The notes below the pieces were generated by a model. It was not told the DNA's origin. It did no database searches and was given only the letters and a program-made list of their open reading frames with translations. 64,000 bases of DNA from Candidatus Multivoradales bacterium (GTDB lineage Bacteria > Acidobacteriota > Thermoanaerobaculia > Multivoradales > J023): assembly GCA_965248925.1 (NCBI GenBank), contig CBDFLE010000006.1:4736001-4800000 (forward strand), given 5' to 3'. The position numbers and the translations under genes were made by a program. The stretch's first letter is position 1. The number at the start of each line of letters is the position of its first letter. Positions 9,554 through 18,568 of the stretch are shown here, piece by piece.

Positions 9554-10813
9554 ATGTTTCTCAAGCACTTATCCCTGAACAACATTCGCTGTTTCGAGAG
9601 TGCCGAACTCGACTTTGACCTGCCCGGTGGCAAGAACCGCAAGTGGACGGTGCTGCTGGGCGAGAACGGGACCGGCAAGACCACCGTCCTCAAGACGCTG
9701 GCGCTGGCGATGGCAGGTTCCGACGCGCTCAGCGAGCTGGTCGGCGATCCGCGGAGGTGGATCCGCTCTGGCGCCGACCATGGCACCATCCGACTGTCTA
9801 TCGAGACCGCTCGGGGCGAGGTGCGTGAGATTTCGCTAGACTTTCTTCGCAGTGAGAGCCGTTCGCAGTTCCTCAAGCGAGCCACCATCTCTCTCGAATT
9901 GCTCGATGCGGCGCTGGAGCACACCAGCCGCAATTACTTGACCGTGGCCTACGGCGCCTCGCGGCGGTTGGGCGATGGTGGCCTGGTGGGGAGTTCCAAG
10001 CAGGGTGGGTTTTCTCATCCCCGAGCCCGCAGCCTGGCGTCGCTCTTCGATCGCGAAGCGGAACTCAACCCAATCGAGAGCTGGGCCATGCGGCTCGACT
10101 ACAGCAGCGATGGACAGCACCTGGGAGTAATTCGCAAGGTGCTGAGCGACTTCTTGCCCGACACCTCGTTCTCGCATATCGACAAGAGCCTCGGGAGCCT
10201 GATGTTCGACACTCCTGACGGTGCGATGCCCTTGCGGCAGCTCAGCGATGGCTACCAGAATGTGGCCGCTTGGGTCGGTGATTTGCTCTTTCAGATCACC
10301 AACATTTTTGGCGATTACAAAGATCCGCTCGAGGCCCGTGGGGTGCTAATCATCGACGAGGTCGATTTGCATCTGCATCCGAAGTGGCAGCGGCGACTGC
10401 TCGGCTTTCTCGACTCGCGGCTACCGAATATGCAGCTGGTAGTGACCACCCACTCGGTGGTGACCGCTCAGCAAGCAAAAGCCGGGGCCCTGCACTACTG
10501 CGTTCGCCGACCGGAGCGGTTGGAGATCGAGGCCTTCGCCGGCGATCCGGGCAAGTTGCTGCTCAATCAGTTGATCTCTACCGAGGCCTTCGGCAACGCT
10601 TCCGATGAGTCCCTGCGGGTCGAGAAAGACAAGCAGGACTATCGAGAGCTGCACCATAAGGCGAGCCAGAGCGCTGCCGACCGGGCACGGATGGAGGAGA
10701 TCTCCGACCGCCTCGGGCAGATTCCCGAAGATGCCGAAGACGGCGTTTTCATGACTGTCGAGCAGCGTCAGCTGATGGCTGAGATCCAACGGCAGTATCC
10801 GGGCCAGAAGTGA
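9554..10813 (+). CDS. ABC/AAA-type ATPase, Septu PtuA-like
   Basis: LSLNNIRCFE N-terminus, Walker A GENGTGKT, signature LSDGYQ, Walker B IIDEVDLHLHPKWQR, H-loop TTHS. Confidence 0.85.
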   Translation: MFLKHLSLNNIRCFESAELDFDLPGGKNRKWTVLLGENGTGKTTVLKTLALAMAGSDALSELVGDPRRWIRSGADHGTIRLSIETARGEVREISLDFLRSESRSQFLKRATISLELLDAALEHTSRNYLTVAYGASRRLGDGGLVGSSKQGGFSHPRARSLASLFDREAELNPIESWAMRLDYSSDGQHLGVIRKVLSDFLPDTSFSHIDKSLGSLMFDTPDGAMPLRQLSDGYQNVAAWVGDLLFQITNIFGDYKDPLEARGVLIIDEVDLHLHPKWQRRLLGFLDSRLPNMQLVVTTHSVVTAQQAKAGALHYCVRRPERLEIEAFAGDPGKLLLNQLISTEAFGNASDESLRVEKDKQDYRELHHKASQSAADRARMEEISDRLGQIPEDAEDGVFMTVEQRQLMAEIQRQYPGQK

Positions 10814-11637
10814 TGATCGGCCTGGTTCGAGTTCGCACCAAGAAGGCGGTTCCCTCCAGCTTTCGCGGCGCCACGCCGCACAACCGGTTGGTCAAGCTGA
10901 TGCAGGACGTCCAATCCAAGCTGGCGGCGGGAGAACCGGTAGAGCTTGAGATCGACTCTAAATGGAAGGTAACCAAGAACCAGTTGCTCACCGAGACCCA
11001 CGGCAAGTGTGCCTATTGCGAGACTCCAACCGCGGTCGTCGCCTTCGGTGATGTGGAGCATTTCCGGCCGAAATCGGTCTACTGGTGGCTAGCCTACGTC
11101 TACGACAACTACCTTGCTTCCTGCGCGGTCTGCAACCAGCAATTCAAGGGTAAGAAGTTTGAACACGACGGACCGATGATGGCCGCTCCGCCGGTCAGCG
11201 AGATGACTCCTGCCGCGGAGCTGAAGTCCCTTGCCAAGACCTTCATTCCCGATCCGTTGAAAGCCGATCAAGTGACCGCCTTCGAAGCTGCTCACCAGGT
11301 TGAAGCTGCGCGAATTCCGAATCCCTACATTGACCACCCAGAAGAGATCTTCGCTTGGGAAGTGCTCGCTGGAAGCCGGGAAGTCGAGCTGGTCGCCAGA
11401 CTGGGGGTGCCGGGATCCGTCGCCAAAGTGGACGCCGCCGAGCGCATCTACGGTCTTAACCGGCCGGAACTAAAGCGCCTACGGTTCAAGCACTTTCAGT
11501 TCTACAGTGTCTCTCGACAGACCGCCGACGAGCCAGGTGTTCCGCTGGTGATCCGCGACCTTCATCTGCGGCTGATCGAAAGCATGACAAGGCCGGATAG
11601 TCCCTATGCCGGGATGATCCGCTTTTTCGAAGGCTAG
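10810..11637 (+). CDS. HNH endonuclease, Septu PtuB-like
   Basis: GKCAYCE...VEHFRPK...WLAYVYDNYLASCAVCNQQFKG, IPNPYIDHPE, GLNRPEL; GTGA overlap with the ATPase. Confidence 0.85.
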   Translation: MMIGLVRVRTKKAVPSSFRGATPHNRLVKLMQDVQSKLAAGEPVELEIDSKWKVTKNQLLTETHGKCAYCETPTAVVAFGDVEHFRPKSVYWWLAYVYDNYLASCAVCNQQFKGKKFEHDGPMMAAPPVSEMTPAAELKSLAKTFIPDPLKADQVTAFEAAHQVEAARIPNPYIDHPEEIFAWEVLAGSREVELVARLGVPGSVAKVDAAERIYGLNRPELKRLRFKHFQFYSVSRQTADEPGVPLVIRDLHLRLIESMTRPDSPYAGMIRFFEG

Positions 11638-11878
11638 CAGGCTGAGGAAAAGTCTCGCCACGCTCCGAGCGGCCATTTTTCGCCAGCTCCGCGTTGCAAA
11701 ACCTCGCAGGATTCCCAATATTCCTGCGGTCTTGCGCCTTGATCTGATGAAAACTTGCTCGCTCTCGCAGGCGGCAGACTTCCACCACAGGCGGCTAGAG
11801 CGGGGTCTCCTGGTTTAGGAGTCCGGTAATTGCCTGGGATTCGCTGGGCGTGGCTGATTGGGGACGGGTCGCCGGCCG

Positions 11879-11912
11879 GAAAAAATCGGGGCAGGCCCGC
11901 AGGCCCACCCCG
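11879..11912 (-). terminator. Rho-independent terminator for the minus-strand CRTAC1-like gene
   Basis: Minus strand reads CGGGGTGGGCC-TGC-GGGCCTGCCCCG followed by ATTTTTTT, about 65 nt after the stop. Confidence 0.7.
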
Positions 11913-11977
11913 TGGGTCAATCAATGCAGATGGTCAACGCCGTTGTTCAGCAAGAACGACCAAGATCATGGCTCGAC

Positions 11978-14101
11978 TCAATGCTCTTCCAAATACCCAA
12001 CCAAAGCGCTCCAGAAGAACCGAGCGTCCTCGCGGCGGCTGATCACCCCAGCTCCGCGCAATTCTTCGAGGGCGTCGCCGACGCAGAATAGGTAGTCGAC
12101 GAAACCCAGCTCGCTGTCGATGCTGCAGGGGATTTCAGGGAAGTTCAGCCGGCTGCGCTGGCGGACATGGTGCAGCCGGTTGCGAGTGCCGCCGGGCCAC
12201 AGCACGTCGACGGTGGCTCGCCTGGCATGGCCGAGGCCGAAGCCGATCTCCAAGCTGTGCTGGGAGAGATAGGTCGAGCCGCTCTGCACCGGCACGGTAG
12301 CGGTCTGACCATGGCGTGGGGTGACCGAGACCACCGCGCCGATGCCGTCACGGTTGACCTGGCCGCCGCTGGTGATACCCACCGTGCCGAGGGTCTTGAC
12401 CTTGATCCAGCGGTTGCCGTTGTTGCCGCTGTTGATCTCTACCGCCAGATCGCCGAGCTGATGGTCGATACCAGTCCAGACGAAGCCGTCCGGAGTCGGC
12501 GTGTAGGTCGGAGAAAAGCCGGCGGTGGTGTCGAGCACCGAGCCGTAGGTCGCTGGACTGAGTAGCACCGGTAGCAGGGGCGAGAGCACCAGATTGGCGG
12601 CTGAGACAATGTCGGTGAAGCCATCGTCGTCGAGATCGCCGGTGGCGACGCCGTGGACGGTGCGCACTTGGTGATCGGTGGTCAGTGCGGCGCTGTCGAG
12701 TTCGAAGGTGCCGCAACCCTGGTTGCGCATCAGCACCCCCGGGTTGTCGGCGAAGACCAGGAAGTTCATTTCCAGGCCACCGTGGTAAAGCAGGTCGGTG
12801 TCGCCATCGTTGTCGTAGTCGAACGCCGAGCTACCCCAGCCGAAGACCGAGGCGCCGAGGTCGCCGACCCCACCGTCGCTGAAGGTACCATCGCCGTTGC
12901 CGAAGTGCAGGCGGGTGCTTTGGTCGCCGAGTAGATATGGGGCGCCGAAGGTCGGCAGGTTGTAGTCGCCGAAGTTCGATCCCAGCAGGTCGAGGTGGCT
13001 GTCGCAGTTGACATCGGCCACCGCGAAGCCCATCCACGATCCCGAGGAGGTGTCGTTGAGGTCGATCACTTCATCGACAAAGTGGCCGCTGCCACCGTTG
13101 AGGAAGATGTGCAGGAAACCACGGTCGAGACCGCCATCACGGGCGATCGGGAAGGCTCCCTGATCGTCGGCTTGCAGCAGGTCGAGGTCGCCGTCCTGGT
13201 CGATGTCGACCATGCCGACCGCCCAAGTGATGGTCGCGACTCCGGGTGGAATGCTAGCCATGGCGTAGATCCCGGAGCCGGCGCTAATGTCTTCGAAGGA
13301 GCCGTCGCCGCGATTGCGAAACAGCTGGTTGGGCTGATTCAAAGCAAATGGTTCGGCGAAAATAGGCAGTAAGACGTCGTCGTGGAAGTTGTTGGCGATG
13401 AAGACGTCGAGCAGTCCGTCGCCGTCGATGTCGCCCATGGCGCAGGAAGTTGAGGCTAGCGCTCCGCCTTCGAGGCCGCTAGGCGAGACGGTGGTGAAGG
13501 CACCGCCGTGGTTCTCGAGCAGCAGGTTGTCTTCGCTGCGGCCGAGCACCAAGATCTCCGGGTCGCCGTCGTTGTCGAGGTCGCCATAACAGACCCCGGC
13601 ACCGGTCTGAGCGGTGAGGTCGGCGCCCACCGCGCTCGCAACATCGACGAAAGTAGCGTCGCCGGTCTCGACCAGTTGGTTGGCGTAGAGGCTGTTGGCC
13701 ACCCCCGGGCCGTTGGTAGCGTAGATGTCGAGATCACCATCGCCATCGAAATCGAGCACGGCAACGCCGACCAGACCATGAATGGCGTCGCTGTTGGGTA
13801 GCAGCGCCAAATTGGGAAAGGGAATCGGCTGGCTCAGACTGGCGTCGCGAACGGCTTCGACGCTAGCGAACAGAGCACCGCGGTGGCGGGCAAAGTCGAT
13901 TCCGGCACCGCCATCAGCCGCGATGTTGTCAAAAGTTACCCCGCCATCGGCTCTGGCGACGCCGGTCACTGTTCCGCTCACAAGCAGCAAAGCGGTGACC
14001 ATTCTCAGAACTGAGCGGGCCGCTGGGCGGCAACTAGGTCGCAGAGAAGCAGGGTGGGTGGCAAGGCGGAAATGGCGAGCATGAAGAGGAGTTGGGATCA
14101 T
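11978..14101 (-). CDS. CRTAC1-family protein (FG-GAP/VCBS repeats + ASPIC/UnbV domain)
   Basis: Signal peptide; repeated DxDxDG motifs (DFDGDGDLD, DLDNDGDPE, DYDNDGDTD); NRDGIGAVV...GSTYLSQ...FGLG...VLWPGG; RBS AGGAGG before 14101. Confidence 0.88.
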   Translation of the reverse strand: MIPTPLHARHFRLATHPASLRPSCRPAARSVLRMVTALLLVSGTVTGVARADGGVTFDNIAADGGAGIDFARHRGALFASVEAVRDASLSQPIPFPNLALLPNSDAIHGLVGVAVLDFDGDGDLDIYATNGPGVANSLYANQLVETGDATFVDVASAVGADLTAQTGAGVCYGDLDNDGDPEILVLGRSEDNLLLENHGGAFTTVSPSGLEGGALASTSCAMGDIDGDGLLDVFIANNFHDDVLLPIFAEPFALNQPNQLFRNRGDGSFEDISAGSGIYAMASIPPGVATITWAVGMVDIDQDGDLDLLQADDQGAFPIARDGGLDRGFLHIFLNGGSGHFVDEVIDLNDTSSGSWMGFAVADVNCDSHLDLLGSNFGDYNLPTFGAPYLLGDQSTRLHFGNGDGTFSDGGVGDLGASVFGWGSSAFDYDNDGDTDLLYHGGLEMNFLVFADNPGVLMRNQGCGTFELDSAALTTDHQVRTVHGVATGDLDDDGFTDIVSAANLVLSPLLPVLLSPATYGSVLDTTAGFSPTYTPTPDGFVWTGIDHQLGDLAVEINSGNNGNRWIKVKTLGTVGITSGGQVNRDGIGAVVSVTPRHGQTATVPVQSGSTYLSQHSLEIGFGLGHARRATVDVLWPGGTRNRLHHVRQRSRLNFPEIPCSIDSELGFVDYLFCVGDALEELRGAGVISRREDARFFWSALVGYLEEH

Positions 14102-14795
14102 CGTTCTAAACCCTCCTGGTCGGGTTTTCGGCCCGACTGGCTTTGACCCGGCGACCAGACCTTCCAGATAGGTCGCTGAGTCGTTCCACGGCGGCAACCT
14201 GCATTCCATGCACCACGCAGCACCTGCAGAAGGTTTTCCCCGAGCCCAACAGGGTCACTCGGGGTCTACCGGATTGCTGTCCGTTGTCCTATGCAGAAAA
14301 GCATAGACGATCTTAATCAATCCTGCTGCGCTATTCACCCAACTTGCATCAAAAATCCATGTTTTGGACCAAAAAGACATCTTTTTGGCCTCATTAGCCG
14401 GGTTTGGAGCGGGTTGCAGGTGGGCTAGTCGCCGTTCTGGCATCTCAGGGAGAGGGTCAGTTAAGATTTTGGAGCTGAAGAGTGGCTTGGCTGGCGTTGA
14501 CGAGACTCACTTTGAGCTTGGGCTGGCCACGGGTCGCTGGCCGTCGACGGAGGGAGTGACGGAATTCCCTCACCGATGCGGTTGAATTGACGCTCCTGAA
14601 GCAACTTAGGCTTTTCAACTTGCTTTCCGCAGGGATTTGTGTGAAGTTAGTTGCAGAATAGTTGATTCATCCTGAAGTAAGCCGGGACCCAGAAGGCCCC
14701 GAAAAAGGGCAAGCCATGGCCTGTCGTTGGGAGGGGTGTAGGCACAACTTGAGGCTTCAGGAGGCGAATCAGCCTGACCGCGGAGGCCATTTGCT

Positions 14796-16931
14796 TTGAG
14801 ATTTACATTTGCTTTGAGATTCAACTGCGTTGATCGATTCCAGCTCCCTGTTCGAGTTCACCGCCTTGAACCCGCCCACCGTCTTGGACGAAGGCTCAGG
14901 GCTCTACCGCTCTGCTTCCTGCTGGGAGCATCGGCCTTGTTGGCCGATGGCGGCGTGACCTTCACAGACATCGCGCCGGATGCCGGCAGCGGCTTGACCT
15001 ACAGTCGGCAACGTTCTCCCAGCGACGCCGCTTTTGATGCCATCAAACAGCAGCCGGAGTACACCTTCGACGACCTGCTGATCACGCCGCTCAAGAGCCG
15101 TGGCGCCCCGGGAGTAGCGATTTTCGACTATGACGACGATGGCGACCTCGACCTTTACGTCACCAACGGTCCCGGCAAGGCCAACAGCCTGTTCGCCAAC
15201 CAGCTGATGGAAAGCGGCGCGGTGAGTTTTTTCGACCTGGCCCTGGCGGCTGGGGTCGATGCCACAGAGCAGAACTCCAACGGCACTTGCAGCGGCGATC
15301 TCGACAACGATGGTGACACCGAACTCTTGGTGCTCGGCAACAGCGAGCCCAACTTACTGTTTGAGAACCAAGGCGGCGGGCTATTCACCGACATCACGGC
15401 CGCGGCCGGCCTTGGTGGCGGCATTTTGGCGTCGACCTCCTGCAGCATGGGCGACATCAATGGTGATGGCTGGTTGGACATCTTTGTTGGCAACGCGCTT
15501 GATATGTCGGTGCAACTCGGCATCTTCACCGAGCCGTTTGGTTTCAACCAAGCAAACCAGCTATTTGTCAATCAGGGCGACGGTAGTTTTGTCGAAGGAG
15601 CCGCGGCCGCGGGCCTACTCGATCTCGATTTGCCGGCCGCTGCGCCGCCGGACGCCGCCACTATTACTTGGGCCGTGGCCTTGGTGGATATCGATCTCGA
15701 TGGGGATACCGATGTGGTGCATGCCGACGACCAGGCGGCCTTTCCGGCCGGCGTGCTGGGTGGTATCGACCGCGGCTATGTGCAGATTTTCGAGAACGAT
15801 GGCAGCGGCCAGTTCACCAACATGACCTATGAGCGCGACATGGGGCGGCCAGGGGCGTGGATGGGATTGTCGTTCGGCGACTTTGATAGCAACGGCACCA
15901 TGGATCTGTTCGGTTCCAATTTCGGCAATCATCCGGGGTTCTTCGTCGGCTTTAGCGACACTAGCGTCTATCACGCCGACTCGAGATGGTTTCTGCAGCA
16001 GGACGAGGGTAGCTTTCTTGATCCCTCAGATCCGGTGCGCCTGAACACCCCCTTTGGCTGGGGCACTTCGGCGCTGGACTACGACAACGATGGTGATAGC
16101 GACATTCTCTTCCACGGCGGGCTCGACGTCGGGCCGTTTGTCGCTACCAATCCAGGTTCGTTGCTGGCCGGTGACGGCGCCGGGGGTTTCACCCGTGATC
16201 TGGAAGCGCTGGCGGGTTCTACCGAGCACGTGCGGCGCACGGTTCATGGCGTCGCTACCGGCGATCTCGATGGCAATGGCTTTCAAGATATTGTTACGGT
16301 GGCCAACTTTACCTTTTATGATGCGCCCTTGACCATGGCGCCGCCGCTGGGGGGTGAGTTCGATCTCGATGCGGTGGTGCAGCTGTCTTTCCTTCCCTTG
16401 GCCATGCCGCCGGACTTCTTGTTTACGTGGAGCGGCATCGAATTCGCGGACGGTGACCTGTCGGTGGAACTCAACGATGGCGCCAACGGCAATCACTCGC
16501 TCCAGGTGCGCACCCTGGGGACGGTGGGGCTGACCACCGACGGCGCGGTAAATCGCGATGGCATCGGGGCGGTGGTGAGGTTCCGCACACCGAGGGGAAA
16601 GCGCCAGATGGTGCCGGTGTTGGGTGGCTCTAGCTATGCCTCGCAGCATGCCTTGGCGAGCCATTTTGGCCTCGGTTCCGAGCGCCGTGGATTGATCGAT
16701 GTGCTGTGGCCCGGCGGTACTCGCAATCGTCTCTACACGCTGCGCTTGAGAGAACGGGTGACCTTCCCCGAAATCCCTTGCAGTTACGCCGAAGAGGGCG
16801 GCTTTTTCGCCTATCTTGGGTGTACTGACCAAGCCCTCGATGAGCTAGAAGCGGCGGGGGTGATCGATGCGGCGCAAGCCTTCCGCTTCTTCGCCAGTGC
16901 CGTCCGCGCCTACTTCGACCACCGCCGCTAG
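14796..16931 (+). CDS. CRTAC1-family protein, paralog of 11978-14101
   Basis: Same repeat and ASPIC/UnbV motifs, colinear with the neighbour. TTG start 9 nt after GGAGG; start uncertain. Confidence 0.88.
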   Translation: MRFTFALRFNCVDRFQLPVRVHRLEPAHRLGRRLRALPLCFLLGASALLADGGVTFTDIAPDAGSGLTYSRQRSPSDAAFDAIKQQPEYTFDDLLITPLKSRGAPGVAIFDYDDDGDLDLYVTNGPGKANSLFANQLMESGAVSFFDLALAAGVDATEQNSNGTCSGDLDNDGDTELLVLGNSEPNLLFENQGGGLFTDITAAAGLGGGILASTSCSMGDINGDGWLDIFVGNALDMSVQLGIFTEPFGFNQANQLFVNQGDGSFVEGAAAAGLLDLDLPAAAPPDAATITWAVALVDIDLDGDTDVVHADDQAAFPAGVLGGIDRGYVQIFENDGSGQFTNMTYERDMGRPGAWMGLSFGDFDSNGTMDLFGSNFGNHPGFFVGFSDTSVYHADSRWFLQQDEGSFLDPSDPVRLNTPFGWGTSALDYDNDGDSDILFHGGLDVGPFVATNPGSLLAGDGAGGFTRDLEALAGSTEHVRRTVHGVATGDLDGNGFQDIVTVANFTFYDAPLTMAPPLGGEFDLDAVVQLSFLPLAMPPDFLFTWSGIEFADGDLSVELNDGANGNHSLQVRTLGTVGLTTDGAVNRDGIGAVVRFRTPRGKRQMVPVLGGSSYASQHALASHFGLGSERRGLIDVLWPGGTRNRLYTLRLRERVTFPEIPCSYAEEGGFFAYLGCTDQALDELEAAGVIDAAQAFRFFASAVRAYFDHRR

Positions 16932-17062
16932 GCGGCAATGCTGTTCGACCTGCTGACGTAGTGCGGCGGGTCCTTGATTGAACCAGCCCGCCGGTGTCGG
17001 AGAGGGCGCTGGCGGGTCCTACAACGGCCGGTCCACGGGCCGGTCGTGGGGGGATCCCAGAA

Positions 17063-18466
17063 ATGACCAAGATTTTCGAGCCTTTTCGCATCAAGGCGGT
17101 CGAGCCGATTCACCTCAGTTCACCTGCCGAGCGTGCGCAAGTTCTGGCTACTGCTGGTTACAACCTATTCAAGATACCGTCCGCGGCAGTGCTGATCGAC
17201 TTGCTATCCGACAGTGGTACCGGCGCCATGAGCGCCGCCCAATGGTCCGCCCTGATGTCCGGCGACGAGTCCTACGCCGGGGGCAGTAGCTTTCGCCGTT
17301 TCGAGGCCGCGGTCCACGACATCTTCGGCTTTCGCCATGTTATTCCGACCCATCAAGGGCGGGCGGCCGAGCGCATCCTGGCGTCGACCCTGTGCCAGCC
17401 GGGCGACGTGGTGCCCAACAACACCCACTTCGACACCACTCGCGCCAACCTCGAAGCGGCGGGCGCCACGGCCATCGATCTGCCCTGTCGTCAGGCCAGC
17501 GAGGTCGATCAACCCCACCCTTTCAAGGGGGATATCGATCTCAATGCCTTAGAGCAAGTGCTCGATGATCATCCCGGTCGGGTACCGCTGGTGATGCTGA
17601 CCGTGACTAATAACGGTGGCGGCGGACAACCAGTTTCGATGGCCAATCTTCGCGCCGCCTCGGTGCTGGCGCGGCGCCATGGGGTGCCGCTCTATCTCGA
17701 TGCCTGCCGTTTCGCTGAGAACGCCTACTTGATCCAGCAGCGCACACCTCGCTACGCCTCGCGGCCGCTGATCGATATCGCGAGGTTGATGTTTTCATTC
17801 GCTGAAGGCTGCACGATGAGCGCCAAGAAAGATGGCATGGCCAATATCGGCGGCTTCCTCTGCACCCGCGACGAGCAAGTCGCCGCGAAGCAGAAAGAGC
17901 TGTTGATTCTGACTGAGGGGTTTCCGACTTATGGCGGTTTGGCGGGCCGCGATCTGGAGTGCATCGCGGTGGGTCTCTACGAGGCTCTCGATCAGGACTA
18001 CCAGCGCTATCGGCACGCCATGACCAGCCATCTCGGTGGCCAGCTGACCGCCGCCGGAGTGCCGATTGTCGAGCCCCCAGGAGGCCACGCTATCTACATC
18101 GATGCGCGGCGCATGCTGCCGCACCTGCCGCCCGAGGCATATCCCGGCCAGGCGTTGGCGATCGAGCTTTACTTGCATGCCGGCATCCGCTCGGTGGAAA
18201 TCGGTTCAGTAATGTTTGGTCGCCTCGATCCGGTGACCGGCGAGGAGACTTTTGCCGAGCTCGATTTGGTACGCTTGGCGATGCCGCGACGGGTTTACAC
18301 CCGCAGCCACATCGACTACGTCGCCGACTCGATCTGCGAGATCGCCAGCCGCAGCCAGCTAGTACCGGGGGTGAGAATCGCCAGCCAGCCAGCGGCCCTG
18401 CGGCATTTCACCGCGGCTTTTGAGATGCTGCCGCTGGCCGATGAGCAACGTTTAGCCTCGGGGTGA
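17063..18466 (+). CDS. tnaA: Tryptophanase (beta-eliminating lyase family)
   Basis: EPFRIKAVEPI, DLLSDSGT, THQGRAAE, NTHFDTT, MSAKKD (PLP lysine; SAKKD rather than the TPL-type SGKKD), EGFPTYGGLAGRD, LRHFTA. Confidence 0.85.
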   Translation: MTKIFEPFRIKAVEPIHLSSPAERAQVLATAGYNLFKIPSAAVLIDLLSDSGTGAMSAAQWSALMSGDESYAGGSSFRRFEAAVHDIFGFRHVIPTHQGRAAERILASTLCQPGDVVPNNTHFDTTRANLEAAGATAIDLPCRQASEVDQPHPFKGDIDLNALEQVLDDHPGRVPLVMLTVTNNGGGGQPVSMANLRAASVLARRHGVPLYLDACRFAENAYLIQQRTPRYASRPLIDIARLMFSFAEGCTMSAKKDGMANIGGFLCTRDEQVAAKQKELLILTEGFPTYGGLAGRDLECIAVGLYEALDQDYQRYRHAMTSHLGGQLTAAGVPIVEPPGGHAIYIDARRMLPHLPPEAYPGQALAIELYLHAGIRSVEIGSVMFGRLDPVTGEETFAELDLVRLAMPRRVYTRSHIDYVADSICEIASRSQLVPGVRIASQPAALRHFTAAFEMLPLADEQRLASG

Positions 18467-18489
18467 GGCTGGCAATCAGGCTGTACCGA

Positions 18490-18512
18490 CCAGGCAATAA
18501 CAATTTGCCTGG
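18490..18512. promoter_or_regulatory. Palindrome (operator or terminator) between tnaA and the AraC-TPR gene
   Basis: CCAGGCAA-7 nt-TTGCCTGG, followed by TATACT at 18515-18520. Confidence 0.4.
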
Positions 18513-18568
18513 GCTATACTCCAAGCTAGCTTAATTCATAGGATTCTGCAGCAGCGGAGGGATGGTCA

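Noticed and set aside
9180-11637. Complete retron (msr-msd + RT + PtuAB)
   Set aside because: No reverse transcriptase in the window, and the inverted repeat looks more like a REP doublet.
14660-14763. c-di-GMP or c-di-AMP riboswitch
   Set aside because: GAAA-like hairpin and GGCAAGCC fragments are present but not in the consensus order.
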